The translations under genes were made by a program, and so were the position numbers. A stretch of DNA of 64,000 bases from Phallusia mammillata (Eukaryota), in assembly GCA_965637545.1 (NCBI GenBank), contig OZ281498.1:5084001-5148000 (forward strand). Reading direction: 5' to 3'. Within the stretch, counting starts at the first letter, position 1. Every line of letters starts with the position of its first letter. Shown piece after piece: positions 33,185 through 48,685 of the stretch. The notes under the pieces were generated by a model. That model searched no databases and was not told the origin of the DNA. It was given only the letters and a program-made list of their open reading frames with translations.

Positions 33185-33897
33185 ACGATAGAAAACATGC
33201 AAATTGTCATAAAGCTTTAATTATGATACTTTTGATGATGTAATATAGTGTTTTGCGGTGCACATTTATCTATGATGCTTCAAAAAGTATTGGAAACCCG
33301 AAATATAAATATTTTCGCAATGGTTGTTCACCTATGTTGCTTAACGTATTTATGTATTTTTTGATCAGAAAGGTAAAAAAAGATCACTAAAAGTGCATCG
33401 TTACCTTCAACTGAGTTTGTACGGATAATGACTCTGTTAACATGTTGACTAATATAACATGTTTAAGATAACCTAGTTTAGGCGCGGCAAAGTTTTTTGC
33501 GTTACCGACTTGTTGGGTCCGGCATTGATAAGGAACCAACATTTAATATAATACTGAAAATTTGTTACCTTCAAACTCATCAGTCTTCATGAATCGATGT
33601 AGAGTCCTGGGTTTTTTGCCGCCTTCAAGTTAAAAATTCAAAATTATAAACCCTTTTACTGTATATCACGACAGGGCCCGCACCGTCTCAAATTTAAGTT
33701 ACCCCCAACGAGAATCACCGTTTTCTAAAAATATTGTCTGCGGGAACGATGAGCGTTTTCACGAGAGGCCTCTCTTTTCACGTGCCCTTTTTACACATTA
33801 AGTGGCACGGTTTGTAAAAATGTCACATTAAAAAAACATTCCTACACATGAACTTTATTTTTCATAAACAATCGGAAAGGGTATAGTGCAGCATATT

Positions 33898-34895
33898 CCA
33901 CAGCAACCTAGCGGACATACGACGTCCTATCGACGTCGAATGGATGTCGAAATGTCGTCGCGACGTCGAATCGACGAATTTCGACGTTCGGTTGTTGTCT
34001 GTAATAACTTCGTTTATTAGACGTCCAGTTTTGGTAACTATCAGACCAAACCAGAGCGTCAAAGTTTGGACGTATTTTTGACGTACATATTTGGTCAATT
34101 TTTACCTACTGTGTTCCCCATTTTAAAATTGACCTACTTTCTCGTGCGTTGTTGCACATATTGTATCTTATAGATTTGCTTGTTTTTTTCACAAAACCTT
34201 TTTTGGCGGAGGCAGTGCGGGTACTCCATCCAAGTGTGCTGGAGGTGGCAAGGGACGTTGGTGGTTACTTGAAACATGTGCCTGCTAGAAAACGAGGTCG
34301 CTTGTCCTCCAATTCAAGTTCGCCCGCTTGAACTTTGCATGTGGGGTTCCAGCAAAAAACTGGAACAGTGGTGTTGTTCATTTTACCTTTTCGCGTTCTT
34401 TTCACACATCTTCGTTTCCTTTTATTAAATATTTTTAACTGGAAGCTGGTGGACTACTTACGAAGACTATTTGACGTCTTGTACAGACGAAAAATGGACG
34501 TCGATAGGCGAGAACAAGCGTCTTTTGGACATGAGTTTTCGACTAAAAATCGATGCAGAATAGGCATCCGAAAGAGAATCAATGAATGAATTTCAACGTC
34601 AATATGACGTCCAGCTAAATACGTCTTAATTTTGGACCGTATCGACATCTTTTACGTTTGCACTTTCGACCAATAATGTACCAGGTTTCGACCACTAGTT
34701 ACTAGTATCTACTAGTCTAGTAGATAAAACGAATAAGTTTCGACGTCAACGTAAACACGTCTCAATTTGGGAACGTTATGTCTTTGAATTCTTTTGAATC
34801 TTTTGAATTTGCATTTTCACCAAAAATGTACCAATTTGCGACCACTGGTCGTGACAACAATTCGACGTCTACATGACGTATACGAATCTGCTGGG
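33898..34895. mobile_element. Degenerate non-autonomous DNA element with GACGTC-rich subterminal repeats
   Basis: Arrays of cgacgtc/gacgt at both ends and imperfect termini ccacagca / tgctggg. Internal fragment reads VARDVGGYLKHVPARKRGR. Confidence 0.55.
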
Positions 34896-36003
34896 AAACC
34901 ACTATCTGAGATATCCACCATCCGATCTAACGAAGAAAGTGTAGGAAATGCGCAATAGCAGCTGCCGAAACATTTGCCCCACCCAGTTGCTGACTGTCCT
35001 CGGGACACCCCGGCCTACAGAACACGTGCCGAGGAACTGCACTGGTGGTTTTGTTTAGGCGGGTTTCCATCAGCCAGCCAAATTAGCGGGTTTACCCACC
35101 CGCCCTACCGTTTTACATAAACCGTTCTACCCCTTCAGGTTTTCGGTCGGTACAGCAGAACATGCCCAGTATAAAAACATCATACAAAAACACTTAACAC
35201 GACAACCTCTGTTTTTTGGTGTCATTGTTGTTTTGCGAAACCGTTCAATGAAAAAACTAATAGCGATAATGCAATTATAATTTGACTTGAACCGGCCTGA
35301 CTTTTTCTTTGAAAAATCTTATCCGGTCCTGTAGTCAAAAGATCAATCAAAGACAAATGAAACGATGTAACAAAAAGGATTTTTTCGGGACCCTTTCTTC
35401 CAATTGCACCTGGTGTAAGTTTGCTAAGTGTAACTTCTTTGGTTTGTTTAATTAACATCGGACTGTTCTCGTATGCGTGTAGTATTAATGCGTCTGATTC
35501 CGGTATATCTTACTGTTAACAACCAACAGCGGCAAAACAATCCTTGCCGAAATCAGCGTCGTGGTTTGTGTAAATCAACGTCATAACTATCGTTGGGTCA
35601 AACGGTTGTTACACGTGTTGCATACCATATCATTCAACAAAGGAAATGTTATGCAAAATGGTAATATGGATGCTTTATATTGACACTCAGGAGACATTTT
35701 CTGTTTGTTTGTTTGTTTATGTACCGTTTACTACATTCACAGATAATATATTTAAGGTTGATTACCATTTTTCAAATTATTTGAAACAGACTTTATAGCT
35801 ATACACTTTGATTCGACTTTTCCAGAAATTTTTATATTCACAACGTTTTTAGTGGTGTTTTTACCTTTTAAATTTAAATAATCAATTAAGAATTCTTCCG
35901 TTTTGCCTTTCCGACTATTCCGCCAATTCCGTAAATGGCTGTCTTCTCCGTTTGTTTCGTTCCATGCAATTTTGGTCAAGAATAACAAAACTTTCCACTA
36001 CAC

Positions 36004-36292
36004 CAGTGGTTCACAAACTATGCGCCGAGATGTCATTAGGTGTGCCGCAAAAAATATTGAAATTAAAATCAATCAAGTAGAGTAGTAGTACCAGGTGCTT
36101 AGACCACTAGGCCAACATGCTCCACGTCTCTGAGATGCTATTTAACTATGAGAGTGACCTGTATAGCGGCTTTATGACCTCATAGTTAGTGCCTTTGTCA
36201 GCTAAAAAATTTATTCAAATGTTGGAAGTGCGCCAAATAATTTTTGTTTTTTCTAAAATGCGCCTTAAAAGAAAAAAGTTTGGGAACCACTG
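36004..36292. mobile_element. hAT-type MITE
   Basis: TIR cagtggttc / gaaccactg, 8-bp TSD cactacac. Confidence 0.9.
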
Positions 36293-36339
36293 CACTACAC
36301 ACACAAATGCTGGTTCCTTATTTAGAAAAGTAGTTAATC

Positions 36340-39300
36340 ATGGCCTCGCGAATGGATCAGGCGATTGAAACCAAGAACTTACGACCTGTAAACGAAGGCA
36401 AGTTGTTGTATCTTCTATCCAACGATATATGAAATACAAATGTTAATCAGTTTAAGTATTTGTGCCCCTGACAACATGACAAATTGTGTAATAATAGAAG
36501 CTTAACCTTGTTTCACCCGTTTGGTAATCTGCTTGTATACTTGCAGCTGTTGTGGAATACAGAGTTATTGAAGATGGAGCACTTGCACATTATCTACAGG
36601 AAAGAGAAAGTAATATGAATTTAAAACTATTTGTTTTCAAATTTTTATGACCTGTGTTAATATGCAAGACCAAATTCAATCGATTTATTGTAAATTTGTG
36701 TTTAACGAAATCTTTTTTGGGGTGTACGTTGTAGTTGAACATCATTTTGAGAATAATGTCAGTGAAAGAAGAAGAGTTATGGGTGACATCAAGACTGCGA
36801 AAGAACTTCAAGATGAAGAGGACAGAAAAGCAAGAATCCTAACTTTGGATGAACAAGAACAATTGTAAGCATCAATATCTGTATATGCTATTTTTATTTA
36901 TTGAATAAAAACATTTTTTCTGTTTTTATTGAAACATTAGAAAAGAAATGGACGAGCAATTAGCAGAAGATGTTCAAAAAAAGTTGATATTAGAAGAGAG
37001 GGAGAGAAAGGAGCGCGAGGCTAAGGACAATGTAAATTTTTGTTTTCAGAATCAAAAATGTATTGTTATGTTTAAATTTGTGTATGTGTAGGAAATTGCT
37101 ATGATGATAAGAGAGCGGGACAGAAGAAGAGGTATGTAGACAAATTATAGTTTTACAAGGGCTACTCTAAAATATGCAATCTATACGCAATCTACTAAAA
37201 AAAACTAACTAAGATGTTGACGGTTTAGGGCTATTAGGGCCAGGGTGAAGGTTTTTAATACAAATAACTATATAGTTTAATCTCAGATACCTTTTGGGCT
37301 TAATTTTCTTACAAGTGTTAACATGCGGCACTATAGGTATTTAGTACCACTCTCAACACACATGTGAATATTAAGCCTAAACTGGGCATCTAAAACTAAA
37401 TTATAGTGTTATTTTTATTATAAACCCTCACCCAGACCCTAAAAGCCATAACAGTCAACATTTTTAAAAGTTGCATACGTTTTATAAGTAGATTGCGTAT
37501 TTTAGAGGAGCCCGTTTTACAACATAAAATTTTGTGCTTCAAATTTAAAAAATATTTTCTAAAGGTTTAAAATACAATATATTAAGTTAATTATGGGTCC
37601 CCTTCCATGAAGGGGACACATATTGTTTTTGTCCGTATTTTTTTTTCTTTTTTCTGTCTAACGCTGGTTTGTGAGACGCGTTTGGTCAAGAAAGAGTGCT
37701 TTAAATTGATTTAAATTTACAGAGATGTTATTTAATAATCCAAATTTGATCCTCCTGAAGTTTGACCCCGATTGACCCAGCGGTTCACCCACAGGCCCCC
37801 AAAACGTATTTTTTTTAAACGGCTGTACTGACTACAGTACAGCATCTTGGAGTTTCATGCTTTGTTGTTTGGTGCAATGTAAAGTTTTTTAAAGAATTTT
37901 GTATCTTTTTTTCGGATTCACCCATTTTTTACCCTTTAAACCCCGAAATAATCGGTTTTAGTTTTAAGGCAGAAATGCATGCCCTATGGTGCAGAAATAT
38001 TTGAAAAAGTTAACAATTGTTTAAGCAGGGTATTCGTTTAGTATTTAAAATTTTGCCAGTTACCTTTACAACCCATAATATGTGTACGCTATCAGTCAGG
38101 TATAAGTCCCAAGGGTGGAATTCACTGGTTTACGATTAAGGTGGCAGAGCGGGAGTGCTCAGCTTGACGTCTGGACAGACGTTTTACGAGACAGTCGTTT
38201 TGGTGATTAGTAATCAGTTTTTTTGTGCAGCAATGCTGATTGAGTTATTACGCGCATTTTCAGTTTTGGCGAAGGTTTTACACCTAAGACGTAGTTTAAA
38301 CTCGATAAACGTACTTCGGTTTCGTTTATGTCAGGCAAAACATCGTTGATCAACATAAATATGAAATTTAATAAACTTGACTGTTTCGAACGCCGTGATA
38401 AATGGTCTTTAAATTCTCGTTGTCAGCTTGACCGTCTCATAACCACGGGTCACTAAAGGTCAACTTGTAGGCATTACAACACCGTTACGAATTTTTCGTC
38501 ATAATGTATCTTCTTTATTTTTGACAAATCAGTTCAAGAATCAGTACTTAAGTCATGTATAAATTAGGCCGAACGGTATTGTTGAACACTAAGGACTGCA
38601 TGCTATTAAAAACAGTGTCAAAAGGTGATTAAACGGTCGTTTTTGCGAAACAAAGTTAAGTGAAAAACAAGTTGTTATGTATACCTTTGTAGCAAACGAC
38701 TTTTTTATATAGTGTCTAATACAACAGTTAAGGCTTTCTAGGAAAATTTGTGTTTAAAAACTGAACTTGAACCACAATATCAAGGTCAAAGCAAGAGATT
38801 AAATTGAATGTATTTTCCCCGTTCTTTTTTCACCGATTTTTTGTAATTAAATGACAATAATGATGCTAAAGGGATACGGAAAAGAACTTTTAAAGTTAAG
38901 TTGATGCTTTGTGAAAAATTTGTCCTTAAGAATATAAAAATAACCGCCACATAGGTTTACCGTAAATCCGCATAAACACCCGTGTGGGGACCCATTCGTT
39001 TTTGCTTGCAAAAACAATCATGTATGTAGATAAAATTGTGTATAGTGTAGTAAATTGGTAAATATCATATAGAATATATAAAAAGGAAGTATATCAGAAA
39101 CCCACTTTTCTAGTTTAGGTGCAGATCATTCAATTGAAATTATTTTTGGTTGTGGCTTTGTAAAAAAAGAAATTGTTTAGTTCGTGTTCAAAAAGTCAAA
39201 TCATATTTCATGGAACTAGCGAACCCCATTACATACACATTAACATTAATTAGCTGACAAATTCAGCACACACTTAAATCAGTCTGTATATTTCTTATGC

Positions 39301-42300
39301 GAAACACTTTGGAAATCGATTTCGCCCAAATATATGGCATCGTCAGTCCTAAACAGGAAACAAATAAATCACGATGTAAAAAGATAAAAATGTAAAAGAA
39401 TAAAAACGGATACAGGTATGTTGCAGTTAAACCACACAAGACCCTTATGTTGGTTGGTTCATCTGAGAGGTGTGTTGCGTTGCTGAGGCGGTTTGTGTTT
39501 TTCCGTTTTTCCCATTACATACAATTTCAAAGGGGATAATACAGTTAAATGTCTTTTTTGATGAGTATTATAGGCAGTGTGGTTAAATGTGACTACAAAC
39601 TGTTATGGTGTATTTATAGAACAACACACTTATTGGTACAACAGGATTTTATATGGCTTGTTTGTTTCATTTGTGATTTAAAATCATTTCATACCTATGT
39701 GATATGCTAAGCACCACAGAACCTCACACAGGAAGTAATTTAAATCAACTCATTTTGTTTTGACTGCATATTTTTTAGCATTCTGTATTTTCAAACGATG
39801 CAAACCATTACAAAATTTTGCAAAAAAACTGACTAATTTAGGTGATTGATGTACTATACTTTAGCTGCAATGTGATAAAACATATATGTCACATTTTTTT
39901 ATAAAAGAATTGCGGCAGAAACGATCAGACCATGAGTTAGCACAAAAGCTAAGCGAGCTTGACATGTCCCCCAGCGACCACTCCCGGATGAGAGAAATGT
40001 CAGATGAGGTTGGTAAATACAAATCCTGTCAAACTAAATTCTTAGTAGACAAGTGCACCTTTTGTTCACTAAAAAATTCTGTTGTATAAACTTGTATGTG
40101 GGTCTTTTAATTAACTCAAGTTAATCCATTTTAGTTTTATTGACATTTATACATAACATTTTTATTGTCGCACATGTCTTGTACACCCACGCGTCAGTTG
40201 ACAGTAATAGGAAATTATTTTAGCCCATATGTTTGTCATACACATGCCCACGTAAATTTGATGACAACGAGAGTGTGCAATGACGTATTGAGACCAAATT
40301 TTAAAGTTTGTGACTCATTTATTTTTGGTGCAAAACTAAATATGTAAACGGCCATATGTATAGTTACAAGACATTAAATAGAGGTTTATTTGTGAACAGG
40401 AACTCGCAAAGCGTTTGCAAGAAGAGGAAAAGTTGCGGTTACGACGAACGGAGGCGCGGCACAAAAACATTAAAACCGTTGTGGAAATGCAAGACGAAGA
40501 ACTTGCGAGGTTAGCCGATCCCGTCGCTGCTCATGCCTGATAGCGATTTGTTTTACCTGTTGTAGTTCATCCATTTTTTAGATACATTCACGAACGGGAT
40601 ATGTACGAAGCCGAGATGATGCACCGTCAGCAGCGTTCCAAAAGCAAACGTACAAAAATGGTGAGATAATCCCTTTCGATCAAAATATTTTGTTCATAAA
40701 GAATTCCCCCGAAAATTGTTGACCTGTTAACTTACAACCATTAGAATTGTTCTGGTTAGAGTGTTTGTTTTGTACGTCCGTTATATGCTTTATATATGCT
40801 GTAACAAAAGCCTACGTCCTAAAATAGTAAGTTAATCCCTTGTGATTAATAGTTTTTGTTTGTTAAGAGTTTACACTGAAAAGTGTTGACCTGTTTACTT
40901 ACAACCCTGTCTTTTCAGAAAAAAATGTTTGTTTTTTTACGTATGATGTCCGTTATATTCTTTACAAATGCTATATCAAACCGCTAAAATGCATTACCAA
41001 ATCTGCTGGATTTTTTTAACCTACGCCTTGCCATATAATGGATGCTAGTGACCGGCTGATAAAACGCTTTCAATAGTCCTGCCGTACTATGATTTGTATC
41101 TGTTTATGTGATGATTTGCAGCCTCGTGGTGAACCACCTCCGGGTTATCATCGGCCAGACGAGCGTTACGAGCCACGACCCAGCTCCTCAAGACATCGAG
41201 ATGAGCATCATTCGCGGCAACCGGACAGTCACCATAGTCATGGCCGTCCAGAGGAGCATTCTTCCTCCAGACATCCTGGGGAGCAGGGAAAACGCCCGGG
41301 ACCCCGTCGACCTCCGCAACCGTCCGGCCGTGATAGAGACGAGACGGTTCCGAAATCAATCGAAGCTGATTTGCCTGACAGGTTACTAATCTTCACATGG
41401 TCACAGTTAGGATTGTAAAATCACAACACATCCACAAAAATGACAAATTCGAATTTTTTATTGTTGCTAATAAACACATTTTGATTTTTAAATCCAGTTG
41501 TTACAAAAAAAAAAAAAACGGTCGGCAGATTATGGAAGCAACAAATAAAACGCGATTTTTAACGATAAGAAAACTAATAATGTAAATTGTCTGATCTCAT
41601 TTGTTCTAATATGATACTTGGTAAGAGTTGCCAAAACTCCAACGTAGTAACATTTTCCTTTCTATATTAAGCCATTTATTATGCCTCAGTGCACGGCTGT
41701 GTGCGCTTGACATTTTTAATATAACTTGACTTGTTACGCTTCGACAAACATAATTGACCAATTAATACCTTTAGCTTTCGTAAACTTTTTGATTATATAC
41801 AAGTGGTTAAGATTCTGTGCCTATATATTTTTTTAAACTCAAGTTATAACTTACATCTGCGACGAACAATTTGTCGGTTTTGCTTGCGCACCTCTTGCAA
41901 AGCTGCGCGTACCAGCAGTGGTACGTCAGGGCTTTTCAGGTAGTACGCGAATATCATTTTGCAATATATACTCGATTCAAGTCAGATTAGCTGACCCAAC
42001 ACAGCCTGTGTTTTTGTACATAAACCGTATTCTGACGTTTTCCAGGAATTTGCTAACCTAGCTGGTTTCATAAATTTGCTAGTGCAGTCAAGAATAACTC
42101 TTGGTCTATCCATTCAAACTAGTTTAGGTGCTACTGATTGACAAAAAAGTCGTCAGGTGGTACGCGATCGGTATGAGGTTGAGAACCACTGCTTTACAAC
42201 CTCAAGTTCATATCAAACAAACTAGTACTTTTTGTTGTCAATGGTTGACTTTAAAATAAGCTGTAAAAACATTTTGCAGTCCTGCTTCCCATCGACGACA

Positions 42301-43325
42301 CACTGTTCGCCAACAGACTACTCCTAGTTTCGAAGAAGAGCGACCAAAGCGAAGAACAAACAGCGAGCGACCACGACGACCACCGCCCCCTTCAAGCTCC
42401 TCTCGCAACGGCGAAGATATGAATCAGAGAGATTTACAGCGACGGCGTTACGAAGAAAATTCGCGGACAAGGTCTGAGGAACATCCCCGATTAGGTAAGC
42501 AGACGTGTCCAGCAGTCATGACATGTTGCAGTAAAGACAGCCAAAGTTCGTGCCTTTAAACCCGTTGCCCCTTGTGGTATCATAAAAACATCATTTGTCA
42601 CGTGATATTTCAACACGAAAAAAATTGTATTACTTCAAGTAAACTTTTGTGTTTTGACTAGTGATGCACCGAAGTTTCGGTTGGCCGAAACATTTCGGCC
42701 GAATCCGTTGTTTTCCAATGTTTCGGTTTCGGCCCGAACTTTTTTGAAAATTCGGCCGAAACCGAACTTTTTTGTTGTATGGAATTAAAGCCTTAAATTT
42801 CATTTTCGCCCATACGAAACATCATAAATTAACTATTTGTTGTATTTATAAATTACGAGCCACGTTGTCTGCAAAATATTACAAGTTTAGCAAAGCTTAT
42901 GCATTGTGAAAGTTATTTTGGTTTGTCATAATTGAGGTCACTCGCATCAACAACACAAGTTACAGTTAAAAACATTCATAAGAATGGGGATTTTAGGTTC
43001 GGTCTGATTCGGCCTCAAGGCCGAATATTCGGTTTCGGCCCGAACCTTTTTAGGCGGGTTCGGTGCATCACTAGTTCTGACCACAAAAAATTCAAATCGC
43101 TTTCTCAACGAATTGTTTAAAATTACGAACTTTAAATGTTTTGTACTGTGTTACTCATTTGGTGGGCGAATCTGTTGTTACGCAGCTGGTGACGTAGATC
43201 CGGATGACATCACGTACGGTCCCGGCTTTGCGCGCTTGGCAGAGGAAGAAGTTCGAATGCGACAAGAGGAAGAAGCCTATCTCAGAGAGCGAAAGAAAAA
43301 CAAAGGCGATTGTAAACAACAATAG
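36340..43325 (+). CDS. CCDC50: CCDC50 (Ymer)-like coiled-coil protein, 11 exons (36340-36397, 36547-36609, 36735-36864, 36941-37031, 37092-37131, 39908-40008, 40400-40509, 40582-40660, 41122-41381, 42280-42494, 43186-43325)
   Basis: YRVIEDGALAHYLQEREIEHHFENNVSERRRVMGDIKTAKELQDEE matches the CCDC50 N-terminus ([22 protein letters not shown]...VAKQLQEE). Repeated DEELAxxL motifs. All phases consistent; first intron is GC-AG. Confidence 0.85.
37159..37513. mobile_element. Mutator-like MITE
   Basis: TIR gggctactctaaaata / tattttagaggagccc, 9-bp TSD gttttacaa. Confidence 0.8.
37591..39020. mobile_element. Helentron-associated (HINE/DINE-1-like) element, tentative
   Basis: 5' atgggtcccc followed by a partial IR ggggac; 3' gggacccat followed by a tttttgc-tt-gcaaaaa stem-loop. 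Confidence 0.45.
41880..42190. mobile_element. One-ended hAT MITE fragment (related end also at about 47585-47660)
   Basis: gtggtacgc...ggttgagaaccactg terminus. No matching left TIR or TSD found. Confidence 0.55.
42659..43073. mobile_element. hAT-like MITE
   Basis: TIR tagtgatgcaccgaa / ttcggtgcatcacta, TSD gttttgac / gttctgac (7 of 8), internal ttcggccgaa repeats. Confidence 0.88.
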
Positions 43326-43464
43326 GATGTATGGTTTTGTATCGATAAGTCATGTACACATGCGCTGTATCAGACCTTTTTTCGGTTTTGGGTATCAATC
43401 CTAGAGTTATTGTGATTTGTATGTCTCATATAATTGATTAATCATTTTTTAATTGAATCACTGT

Positions 43465-43635
43465 TTTATTATCAAGCCAGTACATCACCTATCATATGCC
43501 CCTTGTTTCCCCACATGTAAAGAATCAATTTATTTGATAACAATTTTGTAATTGCATGGCTGTTTTTTTAACAAGCCTGTACATCACATATCATATGCCC
43601 CCTGCTTCTCTACTACATGCAAAGAATCAATTTAT
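43465..43635 (+). repeat. Two-copy imperfect tandem duplication (about 95-bp period) in CCDC50 3' region
   Basis: caagcc.gtacatcac.tatcatatgcccc...aaagaatcaatttatttg occurs twice. Confidence 0.7.
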
Positions 43636-44497
43636 TTGGTATCATTTATGTGTGGAGTTCCTTTTTACTTACTGCCAACAAAATACCAAGAAAGCTATAG
43701 CTTAAAACTCAAGAAAATTTTGATTTTTTATGCGGCCTTAACTTTACCTATGCTTGTCGCTTTTTGTTGCAACTACAGTATTTAGTGTTCTCCTGACTGT
43801 TTTATTGTATTTCATATGTTAATCGCCATGTATGTACTGTTTTTATACCTTTTCATGTGTGGCAATATGTACATATTTCTCTCACTAGGGACCAATAACG
43901 TATTGCTGATTCCAAAAGTTTCATATCATGTCGATTTGTTATGAGTCGTCACTAATAAAATGTCAGTAACGTTAAAATCCACAGATATCTTTTTTTGATT
44001 ATGTCAGCCACAGCGACAAAACACAATCCACAATCAAACAAAGGTATAAGATATTGCAAGTGCTGACAAAACAGAGCAATGTATGTACATTCAGGTCCAA
44101 CTTTTAACTTTTACTGGATTTTTGTCTACCTCTTATAGAACTTAATATTAACATGAACACCATGCTTTTACATGTGACTTTTGTGCACAACAAAAGTTGG
44201 TTGGTAAACAAAAACTCACAGACATGCTCAACACACAATTAGAGCCGCAGAGATGTTTTGTAGCAAATTGTTTCACAGTTAATTATAATAAAAAACTGGA
44301 CTGAGTCTTGGTTAAAAGTGAAAATGAAGCTAAAACTCAAGCCGGACACCAAATAAAACAGCTAAGATGACAACTTTAGGGCGACACAAGAATACAAATC
44401 AAAAGCAATGGTGTAAACTCTGCCCAACAGAGCTTTACAATTAAAAAAGTAACAACTGAAAACCTATCCGTACAACACGGTTGGATTTATGTCCCAA

Positions 44498-46323
<1,826 letters not shown>

Positions 46324-48685
46324 TCATACTAAAGTTTTTAGTCCACAAACTTCTACTACGTATTTAAGTGATACACACTAAATCTTTTAACAAATTATTT
46401 TAACCAGATTACCAGGTTTGCTCGTGTATGCAAAAATACAATTTCAACAAGGTACAAAAAATAAACACAAAGTGAGGCTACAACTGTACAAAAACGTGTT
46501 GATCTACAATCACGCCAGCGAAAACATGACATGGTAACACATAATATCAACTTTTAATGTGAAACAAGCCTAACTACACGTAACTAATGTTTCATAACTT
46601 CCCTAAACATTCCATCATTAACAAAATGCAAACAACAAGCACAGAAGGTCAGCTGACTGAAACATAACAAAGCATGACGTCACATGCAATAGCAAAGACA
46701 CTGATATTCATCCGCGCATGATTTTATTTGCATGGAAAAGCTTTTTACTTGCAATATACACGATTTTAGCTTTTGTTTAATAAACGCAAATTTTATGTTT
46801 TACGATGGTTGCAGGTTTTTACGTATTTAATTTCAATACGTGTCCAATTCCGTAATTGATTCGTTCATGGTACATCCAGTTGTTTTTTTAAGGTGTTTTT
46901 GCAAATTTCTCCAGCGGTTTCCCAAAATTTGCCAGTAGCCTAATAAATAATTCGTTTAAGCAAATATGGCTATTTTTTGGTATTTAAATGAAACGCTTGC
47001 GGTCTCTTAAAACTACTTAGCGGTCACCCAAACTAAACCTTAAAAAAAAACCTGGTCATAGGCATTAAACAAGTGTAAATCACATTTGTCACAAACTTAA
47101 AAAATAAATAAATATTACGTTCACGTTTGAAAATATAGACATTTTTTAAAACCCGAAAACGTGACATTTTCTATTGGCTCCAGGTATCTACGAGGTCCGA
47201 AATCTTAAAAATTGTATAGCTGACCGGGCTTCAAAATCAACCAAGGTCTAGCAATGAAAATTTATTACAGCTCATATAAGTTAATACACCTTCGATTCAA
47301 TGCGAAAGTTTACAGGCCTGGTAATGAACTCTTCAACCCTCCAGTGGTTGTCGATCACCGGCCTAATCTTGCATCTCTATGCACCTCAGTGACCAGTACA
47401 AATAACTACGTTTGCGTAAAGTCAAAAATATGAAGGTAAATAGTTATGTTATGACGAACTTACAGAGGTAAGGTTTGGGATGAAAAGGTGTTTTGTAGAC
47501 ATTTTTTTTAAATTGTTAACTTTGTTGGTAATATGCTGGCCTGGTGAAGAAAAACAGACCTGTCTCTTGGTCTGTCCATCCAAACAGGATTTAGGTGGTA
47601 CGCAAGGATGGAAAAAGTCGTTGGGTGGTACGAGATCTCTACAAGGTTGAGAACCACTGTCTTAAGTGAACAAAAACTTGCAAAATTTAATTTTGAAAGG
47701 GTAATGAATTACTACGTTATCCCCCCGAGATTTACACTCTGCAATAAGAGAAGCCAGTGGATCGAATAGGTCGCAGTTCGGCAGTTCTTCAACGGGCACG
47801 ACAAGTCCGTATTTCACTTTACTCTTTTAGCACTTGGACATGAGATTTCGCACTGTATCTATGGATAGAAATTGAAGTAGTACCCTTTTTTAAGCACACC
47901 AAAACTGAAAGCCATTATTTTTTTTAAGTTGTGAAACAAAAAATACCACATCGAATTTGAACGCAATAGTTTTACAAAGACAACCGATAAATTCAGATTG
48001 CCCGAGGCAGAGTGGTTTAAGTATCGTGTAAGAGAAAAGAATCGGCGAGTAAAGCACACTTTTTTCACAACACAACGGCGACAATTACGATGCGCCCCAG
48101 GTTATACTTCAAGAGACAACGATATAGTGCCCAGGCACAAAAGCGCGGCGAGAAAATCAATACGGTCGAGGGCGCGTTTTTCATCGACTCAAAACTTTGC
48201 TCTTAGACAATTTGAGAGATGCAGAAGTTGAAGCCATGTTGTATATTTCGTTGCATTACAGACCGGTGAAACTCTCGCCTACTCTGCGATATCGGTATTT
48301 TTTACCCAAGGCTTTGATAATTGAGTTTATAATCCCATGCAGTGACAGAGTTAGAATTAGGACCGGAATTTTACCTTTTTAACAAACCTCTGCGAGTGTA
48401 GGATATACAAAGCTATTGACAAAAAGTCAATACATTTGAACAGCTTTGTTGCATTCAAACAGGCGACCAAACAGTGATGGCGTAAGCCTCTTCGACGATG
48501 CTTTGACAATCAATATTATAAATCGCAGTAAACACATGAAGGCATTGGTTGGAAAAGGTAATACCCAAACAGCAGTTTGTTTAAATTTTCAGCAAAGAAG
48601 TGGGTTCTTTGTTTAGCAAACTGGAAAGTGTACAGACTGTCGTTGTTGTCTATTTTGTACGACAAATTGGATTATCATAAGAAAA

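Noticed and set aside
35222-35458. 78-aa minus-strand ORF upstream of CCDC50
   Set aside because: No motif or splice context; within the range of chance ORFs.
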